DNA from: Antedon mediterranea
Lineage: Eukaryota > Animalia > Echinodermata
DNA length: 64,000 bases
Direction: 5' to 3'
NCBI RefSeq assembly: GCF_964355755.1
Contig: NC_092670.1
Coordinates: 6,438,201-6,502,200 of the forward strand
A program made the position numbers and the translations under genes. Every line of letters begins with the position of its first letter. Position 1 is the first letter of the stretch. Below the pieces are notes generated by a model, which was not told the DNA's origin, did not search any database, and saw only the letters and a list, made by a program, of their open reading frames with translations. Of the stretch, positions 1 to 13,652 are shown piece by piece.

Positions 1-570
1 TTGAAGAAACAGATCTTTAACAGATGGATACAGTACCTTGCAGAAACAGATCTTTAACAGATGGATACAGTACCTTGCAGAAACAGATCTTTAACAGATG
101 GATACAGTACCTTGCAGAAACAGATCTTGAACAGATGGATACAGATCCTGCAAACAGATCTTTAACAGGTTGATACTTGACAGAAACATATCTTGAACAG
201 ATGGATACAGTACCTTGAAGAAACAGATCTTTAACAGATGGATACAGTACCTTGCAGAAACAGATCTTTAACAGATGGATACAGTACCTTGCAGAAACAG
301 ATCTTTAACAGATGGATACAGTACCTTGCAGAAACAGATCTTTAACAGATGGATACAGTACCTTGCAGAAACAGATCTTGAACAGATGGATACAGATCCT
401 GCAAACAGATCTTTAACAGGTTGATACTTGACAGAAACATATCTTGAACAGATGGATACAGTACCTTGAAGAAACAGATCTTTAACAGATGGATACAGTA
501 CCTTGCAGAAACAGATCTTTAACAGATGGATACAGTACCTTGCAGAAACAGATCTTTAACAGATGGATAC
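1..570. repeat. 37-bp minisatellite with higher-order structure, truncated by window start
   Basis: Unit CAGTACCTTGCAGAAACAGATCTTTAACAGATGGATA; the variant TTGAAGAAAC recurs at 1, 215 and 466 (super-units of 214 and 251 bp). Confidence 0.95.
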
Positions 571-787
571 CTAAGTTGAAAGAATAGCTCTGGCATAAAC
601 CGATACATTTTATAAATAAATTTTGAAAAAAGCAGAAATTAAAGGTAATTTAGTAAATTAGATGGAAGATGGACATTCCAGTACTTGTTTACAGATGGAT
701 ATGGTGTAAATGTACTTTTTACAATGTTCAGAACAACTGGTAGAGCATTTCAGTAAACATGCTACTGTACTAATAAATGGATAACTA

Positions 788-1598
788 CCTTATATTTCGG
801 TGTATAAGTCGCACTTTTGACACGCAAATTTGACCTCTAAATTAAGGGTGCGTCTTATACACCGAACATAAATGCCTCACTACACAGAGTGTACATATCG
901 TCACCTCGTTGGCTAGGCTAGGCCTAGCTACAGTGTACTAACGTAATGGCAACCTGCTTCTGCCTAGTTTTCAAGGCATTTTAGCGTGATGTTATACTAA
1001 ATATGATGAAAAGATTTGTTTATTATGGAGCTGTTTTAGGCGCTCCGATAAAATTTCATTTGTAAACGTTTACGATTGGAATAGTATTTATTTATAGTTA
1101 TACGCACGATCGCCGACCGCCGTACCCCCAGCGCAAGCCCTTCTTGGCGGCCACATCTTGTACGGTATTCGACTAGTATATTCTCCAGATGATTATAGCA
1201 TGGACCTAGCGTACACACTTCTCGAATAAATAGATACTAATCGAATACGATTGTCCGTGAAAACGTGCGCCCTCTTGAAATGATCGAGCGTTACACACAC
1301 GGTCATGCACTCGATGTTGCGGGTGCGAAACTCATGAATAACAAGTTAGAAACAACTTGTTGAGGCTGGCCGCGGCCGAGCCTAGGTAAGAAAAACCCTA
1401 AATAAAGGACGCTGTTGTAGATATAACAAAATATATTATTACAATAAGATTGATTACAATATAAAAAAAACATTGTTTTGATGAAATATAAGGTGCGTCT
1501 TATACATCGACGATATAAAAAATACCGATATTTTACTCTCAGTTAGGGGGTGCGTCTTATACACAGGTGCGACTTATACAGTACACCGAAATATACGG
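788..1598. mobile_element. Tc1/mariner (Tc2-like) MITE, copy 1
   Basis: TIR CC(G/T)TATATTTCGGTGTATAAGTCGCAC with TA on both sides; internal GGTGCGTCTTATACAC repeats; homologous to 7677-8531. CCGTA termini with TA TSD are typical of Tc2-type elements. Confidence 0.9.
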
Positions 1599-2225
1599 TA
1601 CAGTATTTGCCAAACAACATTTTTATGATTTAATTTATTTTCTGTTTTTGCACTGTCAAGTTAGTACAGGAATATTTTAAAAATGTGAATTTCATGGTGG
1701 TTTGTTTCAGCAAATGGTTCATTAGGCAAGGAGATTTAAATATTGTCTGCTACATAGCTGCACGCTACACCAGAGATCAGATCACAATGGGGTCAACAAT
1801 ATTTGATTGTTTAAACTGTTTTGGTTGCTAAATGTCCATTATGTTATTGTTAATGATGGATATTTAAGTGTTTACCACGCATGATGTTAATCCTACTGTA
1901 GCAATCAGAGGGGGTGGGTGCTACTGTATACAGTAAGACAAACAGTAGGGTTGATGCTAGCTATGAATTTGTGTGGGTGCTTAAAATTATGAGTGAGTAC
2001 AGTGTTGAAAGGTTTTAAGAGTTTGGGTTGTGCTTGAAAAAACATGGTATGCATACAGACTATTCCATAAGAGTACAGTACACATTGCAATTTAAACATT
2101 GTTTTTGGTAAATTAGAATGTTTTACAGTAGGTCACCTTTTGAGATTTTAACAATTGCAAATTTATTGTTTGTCATGTTTCAACCAGGCAATAAACAGTC
2201 CTACCAAAACTTTCTAAGGAACATG

Positions 2226-2945
2226 GGGCCTGTTCGTAGGGGTTGAAAATACCAGCTTATTCCCGATTTCCGTTCGCGTGATCCAATTAACTTTTGCCTC
2301 AGGCTACAAAAAATTCGAGGTAAAATGTTCACCAAATTTGCAGGTTATTTCAGCGTTAATCCAATTATACTAGGCCTTCGAGGATAATAAATCTCCGATA
2401 GAGGCAATGTGTCAAATTTTGACAAACGTTCGCTGCCTAGGCCCGTTATTTCTCCTACGAAGCTCTTCCATACACGCTTCGAGAGCGATCGTCAGCTGGT
2501 GCTGTCCTTGTTGGTGTAGACAGACCGCTTAGTAGGCCTAGCTGGTCGGGGAGCCGCTGGTCGGTGGTGTTTCCGTCGTGTAACATTGGGCTCAAATTCT
2601 TCGTCAATGAGTAAAATAATGGTCGTCAGGAGAAGGCATATTTCGGCAGGATTATCGGCGTTAAGAGGCATAAGGTTTGTCGCAAGGATAAGCAGTGTAA
2701 AAGGTAGTAAGTAATTGTTATTGTAAAGAAAGATCGCGAGTAAAAAATATACAACACGAAACTAGCGTGCGAAAATGGGGTCGTAGGTTGTAAAGACAAC
2801 TGACCTTAAAACGTAATTTCCGGTTTGTGATTCGTCGATTAAGCATTTAAGCGGTTAAATATTTCAAGTACGAACAACGCTCAATTTATAACCCGAGGCA
2901 TGGGTGAAATTAAGCGCTTATTTTAACCACCGTACGAACACGACC
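2226..2945. mobile_element. PIF/Harbinger-like non-autonomous element
   Basis: Imperfect TIR GGGCCTGTTCGTA...TACGAACACGACC, 3-bp TSD ATG on both sides, CpG-rich interior. Confidence 0.7.
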
Positions 2946-3179
2946 ATGGAGCCTGATACCGACAATAGTCTCCTCCTGTCAACAATAGTCTCCTCCTGTC
3001 ACATGTGTTAATTGGTTCACTTGATGTGGCAACTTAAATTCTATAAGTCCAACCTCAAGCAACAAACAAATTAGCATTATATTATAATGATGTATCTTCA
3101 CAGTACAGTGTATGTTACAGGGTGGAGTTTGATTACTTCCTGAGACTAACTAACTGTTGTATTTTATTGTTTATTTTAG

Positions 3180-3237
3180 AATGGTCTGTCATCTAACATA
3201 GTGGATTGTTGACATTGAGTTGTGTAAGAAGTCAAAG
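3180..3237 (+). other. candidate 5' UTR exon of the WIPF gene
   Basis: Pyrimidine tract with TTTTAG acceptor and AAG/GTATAG donor; no coding similarity. Confidence 0.25.
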
Positions 3238-3713
3238 GTATAGTAAGCTTTATAAATATTGTTATGTATTTGAGCACAGTAAATGTAAAGATACTGTAGG
3301 GGAATTTATTACGATACACTATATTCGGCTTATCATTTCTCTTTTCTTTACGGCATTGTTATAAGACAGCAACACAATTTCCAAAAATGGGATGAATAAC
3401 GTTTCCTTGTATCCTTGTAATTTGGTCGCATTAAATTTACAGACCAATGTGTGCGTTTTCTTATGCTTTATAGTCCTAACTAACAGTACACTATTTTTAA
3501 AATGAAATGCATCATTTTAATGCATTAAACATACTGTACAGTACTTAAACAAGTTTATAAAGGTCAGCGAAATCCTCTGAACAGCGGCTATTTTTTTAAC
3601 CAATTCCCTACTCGTCTCGAATAAAGAACTGGTTTATAATATCCAAGAAAAACCACCTCCAAAATTAAAAGCGCATCCACCTCGAAACCATGCCGATATT
3701 TTTGGCTCTTTAA

Positions 3714-4311
3714 AGGCCAGGTACTGGCAAAAAATTTCTATTGATCATACATTCCAATAATTATCGATCTATAGTTTCCCCTATGTTTCATAATTTTTGG
3801 GATTTTATTTGTGTTAACAGGAGCTTTTTGAAAATTAGCACTTTCATATCAGTGGGGGGATAGTTCAAATTACACAGTAAAATCTCTATTCTTTTGTACA
3901 CAAATTTTGAAAATAGAGAGGCATTTTAAAAAGCTATGAAAAATAAACTGTGTGGTAAAAAATGTTATCAGATGACTAAATATAGGTAATATAACTTGAA
4001 TTTTACATTTCTGGTATTTTTATTCAACTTCAGAATTTTATTTTCATGCTATAGCAAAAATTATCCACCGTATATCCACCATCTTTTTTTCACCTTCTAG
4101 GGAGTCACCAGACATGTTATTACATTATGCTAACTACCTAACTACTGAAAAAAAGTCTTTCCTGTTTTTTTTTGGCAGAATTTTGCCAAATTTTGTATTT
4201 GACCATATTAGGGAAAATTCATGGTTTTTCGTCTTGATTTCTGTTACAAATATTTGATTTATGTACAATTAACCAGATATTATATTTAAAATTCATGCCT
4301 GTACCTGAGCT
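3714..4311. mobile_element. TTAA-targeting (Kolobok-like) non-autonomous DNA transposon
   Basis: TTAA|AGGCCAGGTACTGGC...GCCTGTACCTGAGCT|TTAA; a copy of one end lies at 56432-56570. Confidence 0.7.
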
Positions 4312-4778
4312 TTAAGTATGGTAACCAGTGCCCCTGCCTTAATCGCTCGGCGATTTTACTCGCATTGTGGTTGCAACATATTTCTCATATAATTCAAAGG
4401 AATCCAACAAAGTCTCTCCTTATTTGTACAGTAGATGTGTAGGTGTTAACTATACAGTAGGTTAAAATATATTACACTTTGTATTCATGGAAAAGTATAG
4501 GGGTTTCCTCTGAATAGAGGTACAGTATCGGTCTTTCTATAAGTATTTAATACACAATACGTATGTTGTTATTGTTAATTAATGTTTTCAACAGTGAGGA
4601 AATGTAAGAGTTTGAAATAACCAAATGTATATAAAGGGACCTTTGTTATATATTGTTTACAAGTTAGTATTATTATTAAGGCAGTTTGATATTAGTATTA
4701 CAGGAAGTGATTATTAGTATTGTGTACTGTACTGTAGTTATTTTCTTTTAAAAAAAATTTAGTTTTGTTTAAATTTAT

Positions 4779-5446
4779 AAACTAGAAAGCCACTCCGAGA
4801 GTGCATACCTCTGCCTACTGTAAAATTCTCCTACATAAGATTTCTCCGGTAAAAAAAAAAATATATATATTTGTGTGTGTCTTAATGCTGTTTGTGATTT
4901 AGGCTAATTTCACTACAAGCATGTGTATGCGAGTTTGGTGTAATGGTTATGTAACAAGCCTTTCAATTAACAATAGCTTCAGTTGACTAACAATAGAACA
5001 GCAACGCGAAAATCAAACGAGTAAATTTGAAAAGAAAATAGGTTTCTTAAACTACTGGGGCATAAAAAAACTTGAACATTAAATCAAATTATGTTTTAAA
5101 ATTACAAATCACAAATTATAACTCTTGCCTCTTGTACAAAAATGAAGTTTTTTGGACAAGTAGTTCTCGAGAAAATGCAATTTCAGTATACTTGTTACTT
5201 TAAGACTGCTCGCCGGCTTTTGAAAAATTCTGTCCTATCTTTTAACACTAGCAGGTCTGAAAAGTATACTAAAAAGTGGTCCAGAATTGGGACAATGGTC
5301 CCAAAATTTAATGGAATGGTCCTTGACCACATATCTATCTGTATATTCATTTTGGTAAAGATCTTGTAATTACTTTTTGAGTAATCCTGCAAACAAACAA
5401 ACAAACACACGCTACCGATTACATATACCTCCTTGGCGGAGGTAAA
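4779..5446 (-). mobile_element. Helentron-associated non-autonomous element (HINE/DINE-1-like)
   Basis: Minus strand starts TTACCTCCGCCAAGGAGGTA, then a (GTTT)n microsatellite; 3' end has subterminal IR GGCAGAGGTA, hairpin CACTCTCGGAGTG and CTAGTT. Confidence 0.75.
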
Positions 5447-7676
5447 TTATTATTGGTTTTAAACAAGAGCACAACAATCAATATACTTAACTTAGGATTC
5501 AAGAACTATCTACATTTGCTCGCCACTGCTGGACGGCAAGGAAATCAAAATATTACAGAAACCAAGTATTGTCGATGATATTAACAATAACATTATTAAT
5601 ATAATTTTTTTAATGTAAAAATATGTGACTAATAATAATATTAAGGCAATTAATATTAAAACGGGAACTTTGGCATTTTTTGCTTATTGTCACCCAAGCT
5701 ACAGTACAACAAGTTGTCTACTTTACCATGACAATCTGTTGCACTGCTTTTCAAAAAGAATTTTATTTTTAGGCAGAAATGTGTTTTAAAACACTAGTAC
5801 TACTGTATACTAGTACAGATATAAATTCAAATTTGATAATTATATGAATGATACGATAGTACAGTATTTATTGTAATTTGATTGAAAACACAAACTCAAA
5901 TCACAACATTCACGGTCAGTGTAAAGTAAGCTAAATGTGAACTTCAATATAGTTACGGTAAAGTTATTTCCTGGTTTCAGCCTATACTGTAGACTAACCA
6001 CTTACTACTACTGTACTACAGTAGGTAGTTTTAGTTTACAATGGTTATCTGTTTGCTAGTCTTTTGTCGCTAACAGTAACACTTACAGTTTTTGTATGCT
6101 GCTTCATTGATCATGATTATAACTTGCATTGATGTTCTGACTGCGATTAAATTCAAAATCTTCTTCTTTTCATTCAAGGCAAAACACAAAGTACTGATAC
6201 CAATGAACCTAATAATTGGTAATTCATTGTGGTATATAACTTTTTTGTATTTTGCATTTAAATAATAAAACTTCCATTTACAGATACTTAACTTCGTAGG
6301 AATACGATAGCTTTTCCACAATCTCCATGGACTTGTTCCCAGTTGGTATTGTTTTGAGAAAGCAATATCCAGGAGACAATATTTTGCAATGAGTGTTCTG
6401 TACTGTGCTCTATTAACAATGTAACAAGCATATGACATGAATCGACCGACGGCTAAACTTCTTAATTGAAGGACTATTTACTCATGTTTCATAAAGGAGT
6501 TTAAGGAGTTGATTCCTCAAATTTCATTTATTAGCAAATTCAAACTTTCAAAAGGTTCTATGATGTTCTAGGATTTTTGAATGCAATTTTGATGACTTAA
6601 ATTTTTGATTGTACAACATGGTTACTGTACAGTTAGTGATACAAGTCGTACTGTTACAATTCTGAAAATAGAAACTACATTGTACTTTTGTTATATTCAG
6701 TTATGATCTTCTGTTGATACATCAATATACAGTAGTACTGATAGCGAGTTGTATTGAAAGGAAATATTAAAAACCTTTCTAATCCAGTCTAGGCTGCTAT
6801 TTTACCATCATGTACTCTAGACAAGTCAAGATGTGAGAGGATTATTGTACCACAAGAAATCTAATAACAATTATAATCTTTAGAATCAAAAAGGCTTGGA
6901 CATTGAAACAATCTGTGCCTTGACAAAAAATTGTCATTGATTCAAAATCAGAACAACGATTTCATGTGAATTAATAAAATTTTAACGACATCCATTGAAG
7001 TTAGGTTTACAGTTTTTGGCCGAAAACACTTTATTGAATGCTATCAGCACTTTATTCCATTACCAGTAATCACAAATAAATATTTGATAATGTTGAATAT
7101 TGAATTCAAGTGTGCATACTGTACATTAAATAGCGTTTGTTCAGATTAGTTTTTTCTAAAATTTAGATGACATTAATTTCATCTTCAATCCGTGATGAAT
7201 TGGACATTGCTGTTAGTGTTAAAATTCTTACAGTAGTTGACGTCAGTAAGCAATCCGTTAAGGATGATCTGTTTAGAAGAAGTGCTTTACTTAGTTACAA
7301 GTACTCACTTAGTATTAAGTTCCATTTTTGATAACATTTTTAATGTTCCAGATAGCATTAATTTATTATAGAAACTAGTTTCCTTGGGAGGAGGTTTGTA
7401 GAACAAAGCTAAATGGTCGTCGTACTGTACTGTACAAATCTGTTCAAAATATTATTTAGTAAGAGTAAGACCACATGAATCAGAAAACATTTTTGTTATT
7501 GTTTGTTTATCTCAATAACAATAATTTTATGGGATGTCTAGCAATGTAGAATCCTAGAAATTACGTTCTTGCATACAGTACTCTCTATATGATGAAATTT
7601 AGGTGTAGTAGTGCGAGTAGGACTACAGTAGCATATCAAATGGTCAATTTCTGCGGCCATATTCCTTGTTGACCTA

Positions 7677-8531
7677 CCGTATATTTCGGTGTATAAGTCG
7701 CACTTTTGACACGCAAATTTGACCTCTAAATTAAGGGTGCGTCTTATACACCGAACATAAATGCCTCACCACACAGATTGTACATACTTTATAGGCCTAG
7801 GCTATCGTCACCTCGTTTGCTAGGCCTGAGTAGGCTAGTCCTAGCTACAGTAACTAACTAACGTAACGGCAACCTGCTTCTGCCTAGGCCTAGTTTTCAA
7901 GTTATTTTAGCATGATGTTATACTAAATATGATGAAAAGATTTGTTCATTATGGCGCTCCGATAAAATTTCATTTGTAAACGTTTACGTCGTACGATTGG
8001 AATTTACTGTATTTATACAGTAGTTATACGCACGATCGCCGTACCCCAAGCGCAAGCCCTTCTTTTGGTGGCACATGGTGTACGGTATTCAACTAGTATA
8101 TTCTCCAGGTGATTATAGCATGGACCTAGCGTACACACTTCTCGGATACATAGATACTAATCGAATACGATTGTCCGTGAAAACGTGCGCCCTCTCGAAA
8201 TGATCGAGCGAGGCTAGCCCACACACGTGCGTGTTACACACACGGTCATGCACTCGATGTTGCGGCGAAACTCATGAATAACAAGTTAGAAAGAACTTGT
8301 TGAGGCTGGGCGCGGCCGAGCCTAGGTAAGAAAAAACCTAAATAAAGGACGCCGTTGTAGATATAACAAAATATATTATTACAATAATATTGATTACAAT
8401 TTAAAAAAACATTGTTTTGATGAAATATAAGGTGCGTCTTATACATCGACGATATAAAAAATACCGATATTTTACTCTCAGTTGGGGGTGCGTCTTATAC
8501 ACAGGTGCGACTTGTACACCGAAATATACGG
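7677..8531. mobile_element. Tc2-like MITE, copy 2
   Basis: TA|CCGTATATTTCGGTGTATAAGTCGCAC...GTGCGACTTGTACACCGAAATATACGG|TA; colinear with 788-1598. Confidence 0.92.
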
Positions 8532-8925
8532 TACATGCAAAATTGAACTGTGTTGGAGTCCACTTTTATCCCATCTATTAAAGATAACGATTTAAAAGCA
8601 ACAGTCCATTTCACAGTATTCTTGTTGGCTTCTCAACTTGATGTGGTCACTTGAATGAAGTATAAAAAGCTATTGCAACAATCACGGGTGAGCTGATTAA
8701 GGTACCTGTACTGTAAAGTCAAGCAAAGGCTTACAGTACAGTTAGTACTCTGCCTGTACAGTAGCGTCAAAATGTTCAAGGTACACCGGTAAAAGCATAG
8801 GAAATTACTGGTAACAGTTTTCCTGTAATTGTTTCTTTCTACCTGTTTAGTTTTAGCATATATTACATGACAATTCATTATGGAGTATTCTTCTACCTAC
8901 CTTTATGACAATTAAATTACAATTA

Positions 8926-9091
8926 GGCCTTGTCTGCACTATCAAACTTTTATGTGAAAAATTTGATGTGCTGATATTGACATCATGATATCATATCACT
9001 ATCAGTATCATACAGTATTTAGGGATATCACTACCATATTTGGGACATCACATTTATTTTGTCTAACTAGTTTGATAGTGTTGACAGAGCT
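8926..9091. mobile_element. Harbinger/Tourist-like MITE (about 160-bp family)
   Basis: Degenerate TIR of family AGCTCTGTCTACACTATCAAAC; seven family members seen in this window. Confidence 0.8.
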
Positions 9092-9869
9092 TTTGAACTG
9101 CTCATTTGTCCCTTCATTTACATCATACTGTAAAGTTTCATCTAACAATTGTTCATTCACATATTGTGATTAAACTTAAATGGTGCAAGTCACTACTAAT
9201 ACCATGAATTTAGCTTGACTGCTTTGAATTTATTCTCGATTAGTACATTATATGATTATTTGAATTGATAAAATCAGCATGATCGGATAAGTCAAGCAAA
9301 CCCACTCGTCTACCCAGCCGATTACAGTTACTGTTTAAGCTTACTGTATGTGTTTGGCTTATTTCGCAGTGTTATCATTAAATATGCATCATTCATTACA
9401 GATAACAATTGAATTATTTTTATTGATGAATTAATAATTTGTAGCTCTGTAAAATTACTACTACTGTATTGGGAGTTGATAAGAGTGATTGTTCATCTTA
9501 CTAAATGAACTTTGAACCTCGTACAGGCTTACAGTTTACACAAAGAATATCCATTCTAAGATCTTTATACAGTCTCTCCTCCCATGAGTAGTACAGTCTG
9601 AGATATTAAACCTGATGGAGAGAGATTAGTTCGCTAATATCTTATAGGTGACCAAACCTTCTAATCTATTGTCTTTCCTGTATGGCCAACTAAGCAATAT
9701 ATTCTCAACAATAGATTAATAATTAGTACTTGAATGTAATATTCTCAACATTTTAGTGCGAACTTTGTTCCAATAAGACTTAATATACTATACAATTAAA
9801 AATCTCACAAAAAAAATAAAATATTGAATGCAATTGTTTCCAACACCACTCCTATCCCTTATCCATGTT

Positions 9870-10100
9870 AGCTTCATGTTTGTTATTATCCTGGCCATTT
9901 TTTGAATCAATCATGTATGGAAACATACTTCCATAATGCAGCTAATATACAGTAGTATTAATCAGCGTTGTGTCTTGACCTACATAACCGGGTACCCATT
10001 TATACACCTAGGTGGAGAGAGGCAATGTAAGGATACAAGCCATGTGGCAAAAGTTGAATTCAAACTCACAATCTTAGTAATCCAATAAGTATGCAGTAAA
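9870..10100 (-). mobile_element. degenerate tRNA-derived SINE with conserved central (Nin/Deu-type) domain
   Basis: Minus strand reads a degenerate B-box GAGTTTGAATT, then TGCCTCTCTCCACCTAGGTGTATAAATGGGTACC, a motif typical of invertebrate SINE central domains. Confidence 0.6.
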
Positions 10101-10827
10101 CAATTTAAAAGGGAAAGATAGAAACTGGAAAGATAGAAAACAGCAATAATAATTTTAATAAAAAGTGCAAATGTACTATAGTATATTGTCAATAGATTAA
10201 AATTACATTTACATAAAATGAATTGATTGTAAAGTATTATGACTAAAGGGAAGTAGTCATAACACCTAAACCAGTACTGTACCATTAAAAGCATACTGGT
10301 ATAAACAAATACATCCATTTTTAAAGTGTTTGATCTTGATACAACTCTCTTATTAATGCTGTAAATTAATTTCACTTAATAACCTATACTTGTTGAGTAG
10401 GTGGTTTGCATAGTTGCCGATGATGATTTTATTTTCTAATAGAGATGTTTATTTTGATATGCACTTTAAAGTCACAAACGCTGACATGTTGTCAATTCAA
10501 CGCTCTCCCAGCTAAATTATTTTAACTGTGGTGATGTACAGTATTGTGGTTGGAAATACTGTATAGTATGGCTATGATTTGTCCATTTTGTTTGGTCATT
10601 GTCTTGAAATCCAGCTTTACAACATTTATTTACTGTACCTACAATGAAAAATACTGCCCTCAATAGTTTCTTATGATTCTACAATGAGTACGATTCTAGA
10701 CGTCCTTTCACCATTTCCATCAGTCTATTCATGAATTGTGGCACATGCGGCATTCCATACATTCAATTGTGTTTTAGTCGGTGGCAGTTTCAGTTAAAGA
10801 TTATACAGTTTTCTATTTATCTCACAG

Positions 10828-10857
10828 GATGTGTAATGACCCACAGGAAGTAAATCA
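10828..10857 (+). other. candidate 30-nt 5' UTR exon of the WIPF gene
   Basis: TTTTCTATTTATCTCACAG acceptor and TCA/GTAAGA donor. Confidence 0.25.
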
Positions 10858-11851
10858 GTAAGAATTTGACCCAGAGGAAATATTAAACATGTTGGATTAC
10901 ATGTCTGTATTGATAGTGTAATTACAGTTTCTACAATCCAAAACTATTTTCACATTGATTACTAAATGTTTTAAGTTTCAATTAACATGTAACTGTATTT
11001 ATACATTTTTAGAAATAGAGAGTGAAATGCGAAGATAATTAGACATAAATAGCATAACATATATTACAGTATTGAGTAAAATATTATTTAAGCTAAGATA
11101 TGCTGATGGTCACACTTTTAAAATAAATTGAGATAATATCTTTTCACATTTCAACTCATAATATTTTAATCTGAAAAGCTATGTTATTGTTTTCACACAA
11201 TTTTATTGAATTCTGGCTGAAGATGTTGTCTACAGTATCATTCTCTGATATTATTGGTTAGTCCAATACAAGAGTGATCTCACACACTCGGGCAACGACC
11301 CGGAATATCTCAAATTTACCTCATAACACTGAATGTTTGTCAGTTGACGAAAATTACGATGACATAACCACCAACCGATTTTATTTTGAGCAATAATTAG
11401 GATGCAACATTGTCATTGTTTACTAACAACCATTTTTCGAAGAATAGGCCTACAGTATTATTCTTTATATACAGGTAGTTACTGTTTAGAAATAATATAA
11501 TATAATATAATACAAATAAACAAAACCAATACCAGATAAATTATTCTATACATAAATATATTAATATTTGTTATAGTCTACTGTATTGTACAATAGGGTC
11601 AATTATAATTTGAAATAGTATACCTAGGTAGTAGTATCCCTATTAAGGGCATACTTTTGAGAGCCAACAAAAGTGTCTCCTTATTACAAGCATCCCATGC
11701 TTAGGGGTGTCCCCTGAATTGGAATTGGCTGTTACGTATTGTTAAAAAAATATTTCCCCTCATTTCTTTCATGGAAAACCCTACCTAGGGTGTCCCAAAG
11801 GAGGGGTTCTAGTGATACTAGTTAAATTACATTGCAACACCCTGTACTCGA

Positions 11852-12052
11852 AGCCTTGTCTTTAAGGCGCGCGAGTGCGATCACTCACTTAACACTCCTC
11901 CTAAACTGCCCTTGAGGAGTGCAATTTACAACACGCTTAATTTTGGTAAACTTCTACTACACACCAAAATATAAAGAGCACACCTACAGCACCCCTGAAT
12001 ATATTAAGGAGCGCAATTTGTAGCACACCTATAATTTTCAAAAGACAAGGCC
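11852..12052. mobile_element. about 200-bp MITE with 9-bp TSD (Mutator-like)
   Basis: TIR (A/G)GCCTTGTCTTT...AAAGACAAGGCC; flanks TGTACTCGA and TGTACTTGA. Confidence 0.65.
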
Positions 12053-12561
12053 TGTACTTGAGCAAGTGTACATACAGTATGAGTATGACAACTGTTCAAA
12101 AGACAAGGCCTGTACTTGAGCAAGTGTACATACAGTATGAGTATGACAACTGTTCAAAAGACAAGGCCTGTACTTGAGCAATTGTACATACAGTATGAGT
12201 ATGACAACTGTTCAAAAGACAAGGCCTGTACTTGAGCAAGTGTACATACAGTATGAGTATGACAACTGTTCAAAAGACAAGGCCTGTACTTGAGCAAGTG
12301 TACATACAGTATGAGTATGACAACTGTTCAAAAGACAAGGCCTGTACTTGAGCAAGTGTACATACAGTATGAGTATGACAACTGTTCAAAAGACAAGGCC
12401 TGTACTTGAGCAATTGTACATACAGTATGAGTATGACAACTGTTCAAAAGACAAGGCCTGTACTTGAGCAATTGTACATACAGTATGAGTATGACAACTG
12501 TTCAAAAGACAAGGCCTGTACTTGAGCAATTGTACATACAGTATGAGTATGACAACTGTTC
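12037..12561. repeat. 58-bp tandem repeat, 9 copies
   Basis: Unit TTCAAAAGACAAGGCCTGTACTTGAGCAA(G/T)TGTACATACAGTATGAGTATGACAACTG with one variable position. Confidence 0.97.
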
Positions 12562-13468
12562 TGCTTCAATAATTTATTATTAATTATTCTCCTAATCTTC
12601 TGTACAACAAAAATAGAAAAAAAAAATCAATAATTTGCATATTATTAGTTGGTTCCTGTAACAACTTGTGGTTATTACTCAACATTATCCACACTTGTAT
12701 TTCCTGCTTTTCCTACTGATTATAAGCTTAGGTCATGTTTTTTATTAGGATTAAACAACTGACATTAAATAGCTTATTATTAAAGTTGGTAGCACCTTAT
12801 GTAATTAGGATTGTCGTGACAGGTCGCTTGGCTGAATAAACAGTAGCAAGGTAAATACAACTAATATCGGTGTTAGTCTGAATTAATTTACCTACCCTTC
12901 TTGAAAAGTAAGTGTACTAGGTTTCAAATGAAAGTGAAAGATAAAAAAACTTGTTCTATTGCAACCAATTTTTTGTTAAAATAAAACTGGCGTTGACATT
13001 GAGTTGACCTCAAATTCTACCTTCAAATTGAGATTGTTATTTTGATGGAAATTGTTTAGTGATGATACTAAATAAATTTGGGGTTTTAAAAACACTTTTT
13101 TAGAGGACATACAGTATCAATTTGCAAAAAGTATGTTTTTAAAGGATTTTGCCAAGGATTAGAGACTCTACTTCAGTGGTTTGGTATTAAACAATAATTT
13201 GTTTGGTTTTATCAACTGTAAATATAGGCATGTCAATACAACACAAATTCACCTGTAGGCCCATAAGTTTGAAATTTTAAAGGACTTTATTTACTTTACT
13301 ATATTGTATAGTAATTTTAATTTCTGAAAATGCGTTATGTTGTGTCGTTTTTTATTAGCAATATAAATCACATTTAACAAAATCCTATTTTATTTATTCT
13401 TTCAGATACACCAACAGGGCTGTATCAAGTGAAATCATTGAGGCAAAGGTGACCGCTGGACGTGGACT

Positions 13469-13652
13469 ATGCCACCACCTCCTCCGCCCCCTCCTGGACC
13501 TCCTCCGCCCCCAACTTTCAAGTCGGCAAATACAACTCCCCCTGTATTAAATAAAAATGAAGCAAAAAGCAGAAATAATTTATTAGGTGAAATACACAAA
13601 GGAGCAAGATTGAAAAAGACGGTGACAGTGGACAAAAGTAAACCAGTGTTAG
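13469..13652 (+). CDS. WIPF: WIPF coding exon 1 (poly-Pro and WH2)
   Basis: Acceptor TTTCAG ends 13405; MPPPPPPPPGPPPPPTFKSANT...LKKTVTVDKSKPVL; donor G/GTAGGG. Confidence 0.93.

Noticed and set aside
11620-11818. Possible Tigger/pogo-like MITE (similar remnants near 4480-4527 and 16665-16720)
   Set aside because: Termini are too degraded to fix boundaries; noted only as a possible CAG-ended source of TACAGTA footprints.
12037-12561. CRISPR-like regular array
   Set aside because: Units are identical end to end with no unique spacers, the context is eukaryotic, and no cas genes are present. The same applies to 1-570.
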